A stretch of DNA of 64,000 nt from Perkinsus chesapeaki ATCC PRA-425 (lineage: Eukaryota > Protista > Perkinsozoa): contig JAAPAO010000094.1 in the NCBI GenBank assembly GCA_013115145.1, positions 16,080 through 80,079 on the forward strand, in the 5' to 3' direction. Positions within the stretch are counted from its first letter, which is position 1. Every line of letters begins with the position of its first letter. The notes beneath the pieces were generated by a model, which saw only the letters and a program-made list of their open reading frames with translations, had not been told where the DNA came from and made no database searches. Positions 59,127 to 64,000 of this stretch are shown one piece after another. The translations under genes were made by a program, and so were the position numbers.

Positions 59127-62100
59127 TCAACGTAACCGCCGTCCTGAATCACTTCCCTCCAATAGACGCCTCAGTGCATTCTCCTCCCCTTGTAGCCTAT
59201 CGCTCAATCTAATCAAGTGCATACTCGTCAACTCGTCAATTTCGGCATTACGCGTATCCCAACTTGATCATTTCAACTTCCCCTCTGCCATTCACTGCAA
59301 CCCACAGCTGACGTTGAGTTGGATTACTTACCAAACTGGTACACCCTCCCTTCATTCCCATCGTCACCACTGGCACGTGTGGCCCCGACTTGGAGAGGTC
59401 GTAAAATACAACACCACCAGCATCGCCGGCAACAATAGCAGCGCCAAGAATAGCCGGGCGACTTCGAGACCAACTCAATGCGGTGATCGATATGTTGCTG
59501 CCTTCAGTTGCTCCGTCAATGGTAGGCCAAAGGCTCAGTACAGCTGTGCCGACCAGACCCTGCAAGAGACCGCTATGTGTCAGACATAAGCATATTCTAC
59601 ACTAGGATGGAATGAAGAACAATTAATCTGCCCCAAATCACCAAGTACGTACAAATCAGTACCAGCGACTCGCTGGCAGCGAGCGCTAGTTAGTAGTATT
59701 GTGATTATACAAAGTAAACTGGCTCTACTATGTGTTCCAAGCCTTATAAGGAACACTTACTGGTCGATACATTCCTCAGTATGACGAGCTGTAAATATAA
59801 GGGTAACTTCCGTACTCCGAGAAGCATCGCATTGGTGTTACGTTAAACAGCATAACTTTCCCATCAGCTCCTCCTGTTGCATATGCCCGTGGAATGAACG
59901 GTGAGAAGTGGATAGCAGTAACAGCAGTAGATGGTGTGTGGCCTTGGCATGATGATGATTTACTTGGGGAAGGATATATTAGTGAGATTGCCGGCTGTGA
60001 ACTAAACAAACCCAGAACTGCCAAGCTAACAAATTTGAATACGATGTAATGTGTAGAATGAACGCTTAATAATAGTTGATGCTAACAGCAAACAGTCTTC
60101 GCCGAGTGCTAGATTACAGAGATTAGAGGGTCATCCAGCGTCATGCGGATATGCTGAAACTATGTAGGATCTTAAAATAGCGATATTAATATAAGTATAT
60201 ANNNNNNNNNNNNNNNNNNNNNNNNNNNNNNNNNNNNNNNNNNNNNNNNNNNNNNNNNNNNNNNNNNNNNNNNNNNNNNNNNNNNNNNNNNNNNNNNNNT
60301 AATAAGATTTTAAAGTAGCTATATAAGTATATAATAAGATCTTAAAGTAGCTATATAAGTATATAATAAGATTTTAAAGTAGCTATATAAGTATATAATA
60401 AGATCTTAAAGTAGCTATATAAGTATATAATAAGATCTTAAAGTAGGTATATAAGTATATAATAAGATCTTAAAGTAGGTATATAAGTANNNNNNNNNNN
60501 NNNNNNNNNNNNNNNNNNNNNNNNNNNNNNNNNNNNNNNNNNNNNNNNNNNNNNNNNNNNNNNNNNNNNNNNNNNNNNNNNNNNNNNCTATATAAGTATA
60601 TAATAAGATCTTAAAGTAGGTATATAAGTATATAATAAGATCTTAAAGTAGGTATATAAGTATATAATAAGATCTTAAAGTAGGTATATAAGTATATAAT
60701 AAGATCTTAAAGTAGCTATATAAGCTGCTTGCAGTCCATCACAACTATTGTAACATACGCTAGAATTCGTTGCATTCCATCATCGTCCAACTCGCTCCTA
60801 CCTGTACACAACATCCGCATTGACAGTATTAATAGCCTGTGTTGAACAGTATCCCTCGACATGCATTATCAGCTTCTGTCGTCCCTCCTCAGGCACTCCT
60901 CTAATCATTCTAACAGCGTCTTCCTTCCACACCAATCTACTTATCAGTTCCCGTCATCGCCCCAATTAAACCCTACTACGTTGAAGTAAACGGCAAATGT
61001 TTTTCGTGGGAAAATAATTCCCCCAGTCGCAAAGGTATTCCTGCCAAGGCCATTGACACTCCGAGATGAATTATTTTTTACTCGAAACACTGCCGGAATC
61101 TCCTCCAACTACACAGTGCGTCACAGCTGATCCGTCCGCAATCGGCATCCCGACACTGCAGCAACCTTCACAGAGCCAATCTTGCATTTCAGAACAGCGT
61201 GGGAGAAAGGGCAAGCACGATTTCATACCGTGTCTCACTACATTCGAAACTGTTCATTGTCAATCACATTAGTAATTCCCGTGGAAAAAATGAAATTTTA
61301 TAAAAATTTTCCCCTACCCTCCAACATGCTTCCCGCCATCCATCTCTGTGCCTTCTTCCGCGGTATAGTGAAACCGGCCACCGGCATCGGTTCGCGATGC
61401 GAGGACAGAGGAGGAGCTTTCACGGCCGCTAGGGGATCCCACAACAGGCATTTCCCGTCCGCACTTGCAGCACACAAAATCATATCTTCATCTGATGTGG
61501 ACCTGATTGTCCTTTTATCATCTACATAGTTTGTTTATGAAGAGAAGTTGCGCGGCACGAAATCTGCATTTACGGAACTGTAAAACTAATGAATAGCTTG
61601 GCCCTATCAAATAGATCAACCGTTTCACGCTGTCTTACCCACTAATTGCCGAGCTACGAGGGAGCCATTGGAGTCCATAGACCTCCTCGCCATGGCTGTA
61701 CTTCATGTCCGCTACAGTTCTGAACACCAACTGAACATAACACCTTAATGATACGCCCAGCTTAAAAGATGCTTATCCACGTAGTTCTACCCCATTTCGA
61801 TATCCCAACGCTTCTACGGTTACCGAAACCCGAGAAGGATCATCGAAGCCTTAAGCATCGACACAATCCTTCTTACCATCTCATCAATAATCTGCTCACC
61901 TCCATCTTCACTTCTTTCACGGCCTTCTCGACGACTGGACCTATATAGTGTCGATTCAATAACACAGAGGTATTCCTAAGCATCAACAGTCGGTCTTTCG
62001 AATTTGTTTGCGGTGCTGTGAATTTTGAAGTCCTCGACGTCCTCGAAAGGCTTTCATGCAGGCAACACACCCCGAAGTTTTGACAAGTGACGAACTTCGT

Positions 62101-63410
62101 GATTCCTTCCAAATCTCACCTGTCCATGTCCCACACATATATCTGACCGTAGTTAGTGCCAGCAGCGATAATAGATGATCGTTGAGGATGGAATGCCACC
62201 GAAGTCGCCTGAATACATCATCATTCGAGTTAAGTTGCACATGCAAAGAAGTTGGTGTCAGTGTGATGGGCCATCACTGATAGCCATGCCCCCCGGTTCA
62301 CAGTAGGGCACAGTAGAGGCAGCTATCCGTCACGCTGGTTGGGGCGCCGTAATGTACGCAATTGAGATCTCCTCACGAACGTCATTCCGTAGTCCACCTC
62401 ACAGATGAAGTGACGCTATCAGGCAATGCCTCTCCAGTTCATTCAACAGTGTCTATGGAGACACTCTAGAACTATGTAACAGCACTATTATACGGACCAT
62501 CTCAAAATGATAAAAAAATGGCTGAGTGATGATAGCAACTACTACTCATAACTTAGCCCATTGATTCCCCAATTTATTAATCACAGAGCTCCGTGGCAAT
62601 TACACTTCCAAATATTCCCATAATTTTCGATGGCCTCAGGGCATCATTCTCCTCCACTTCCTGCCTATCATGTCTAAATGGCCGCCATACCGCAATGTTA
62701 TGCTAAAAACCGAATTATCCGCTTCGCTCCGCCTCTCCTATTTACAGTATCCTTGCCAACGCCCCACCCTTTCTGGTCTCGTTCTCCCATACCGCCGGCG
62801 AGGAGCATGCCGTTTCCGGACCAACTCACGCATGTGCCTGCGTACCAGCGCCTTTGGTATCTCCCGACGGTGGAAGTCTCAGCGTTACATCTTTCCAGCC
62901 CTGGCGAATCCTCCTCTGTCAAGTTTGCGAACTTCCGAACTACTTCGATAACTTCTTCGGAATAGTCAAGCTCGGATGGGACGGAAAGATACGCATCCTG
63001 ATTTCGGGATGCGCACTGCGAAGAATTTGACCTTTCAAGAGATATCTCACTCTGGAGTCTGCTGCTTCCAGTGCTCGCGTATCCTCCAGCTCGGTCAGCA
63101 TACGAGGTGTCACGTCTCTACAACCCGCTTCGATATTCACGCGCCACAAAACTCACCTCAGAAAGGCCAGGAGCTTCTCCTCGCTAACCGGAGCGCAAGC
63201 CTCCGGTAGCAAGTCGATTTCTGATACTTGAGCCTGATAGAGGACAACATAAACCCAAGGCACGTGAAGGACGACACTCAGGAGTAAATGTGAATTACCA
63301 CATTTAACGGAAGGGATGGCATTTAGGGTAGGATTTTCCGCTAACTTGAGCAAACATCGACGATCGCACGGTGCGCCAAAATACAAAGTGCCCTGGGAGA
63401 AAATCGCCAT
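59127..63410 (-). CDS. DYNC2I2: Dynein-2 intermediate chain WD40 protein (WDR34/FAP133-like); start uncertain
   Basis: LLAFLRDVTPRMLTEL; CVSWSGNGMLLAGGMGERDQKGW; CAASADGKCLLW; AVTAIHFSPFIPRAYATGGADGKV; ITALSWSRSRP. Confidence 0.75.
60187..60724. repeat. 32-bp AT-rich tandem repeat (taataagatcttaaagtag[g/c]tatataagtata) in a DYNC2I2 intron, broken by two N gaps (60202-60299 and 60490-60587)
   Basis: Period 32 read directly, for example units starting at 60601 and 60633. Confidence 0.95.
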
Positions 63411-64000
63411 ACACAGGGGTGAGTCAGGGCTCTATTCCCAAAGTTTTAGCTTCATATTCGATCTGGGTGACTCAAACTCGATAGCTAAATATTACACTGT
63501 GTAATTCGGACGAATAGTTAACTAATGACGCAGACTAGCGGCAATTGCAGCACCCTCCCGAGCTTATCGCAGGGTAAGCTCAGTGCTGAATTGCGTGAGC
63601 CGCTCACGGTGAGCGCTGAGCGGTTGAAACTGAGTCGGAGCATACTAAGAAAATGCTCATATGGATAGAAGACTTTTGAGTTTTGTTAAATCAATCAATG
63701 TGTTTGGGAACTGTTGAGCAGTTTATTGAATAAACTTTAGATATATGTCGGAGTCTAACACGTGTTATCTTTAGGCACATGTAGGACATGTAGGCAAGGG
63801 ATTTCAGCCTGCTGTACAATCGGGCGAGTTGATGGGTGCCGTCATTGGAATTCACCCGAAATCTTTTGGGTCATGGGGTTTATGCCCCAACTGTAGAATT
63901 GCTCTTGGAAAGTACGCGCTCATGGAAGGAGAAGTATATTCCTCGAGGCTTCATTCCTTACGCCTGGACGAACCAGCCTAAGAAATTGAAGGGTGGATGG

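Noticed and set aside
60300-60724. CRISPR-like array (32-bp repeats)
   Set aside because: The units are head-to-tail with no unique spacers, there are no cas genes, and the context is a eukaryotic intron.

Overview
Gene-dense, intron-rich protist DNA. Most introns are about 40-60 nt GT-AG; the style is most consistent with a perkinsid alveolate such as Perkinsus, which is an inference. Main contents: a tandem array of four puromycin-sensitive-type M1 aminopeptidase genes (4.0-18.7 kb); a helical-repeat protein; a BTB protein; CWF19L1; a CS-domain protein; two tandem SLC37/GlpT-type MFS transporters; a RING plus 4 EF-hand protein; RPAC1 with a mariner-type MITE in an intron; an ankyrin protein; a decayed hAT transposase; formate-tetrahydrofolate ligase; an FBXO9-like gene; DPH7; a subtilisin; and WDR34/DYNC2I2 with a 32-bp tandem repeat in an intron. 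The most striking signal is compositional. Where a segment is near-identical to another segment in the window (blocks inside the aminopeptidase paralogs and inside the MFS paralogs), third codon positions flip from G/C-rich to strongly A/T-rich while the reading frame is kept, and most paralog differences checked are C/T or G/A transitions. This looks like a homology-triggered C:G to T:A process (RIP-like, or methylation followed by deamination) acting with gene conversion. I do not know of such a process being described outside fungi, but I cannot search the literature. Also notable: two aminopeptidase paralogs carry an apparent mitochondrial presequence exon in front of an in-frame internal ATG, and paralog 3 has lost the conserved Q-x-E amine-anchor motif. 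All exon structures were read by eye; no databases or programs were run.
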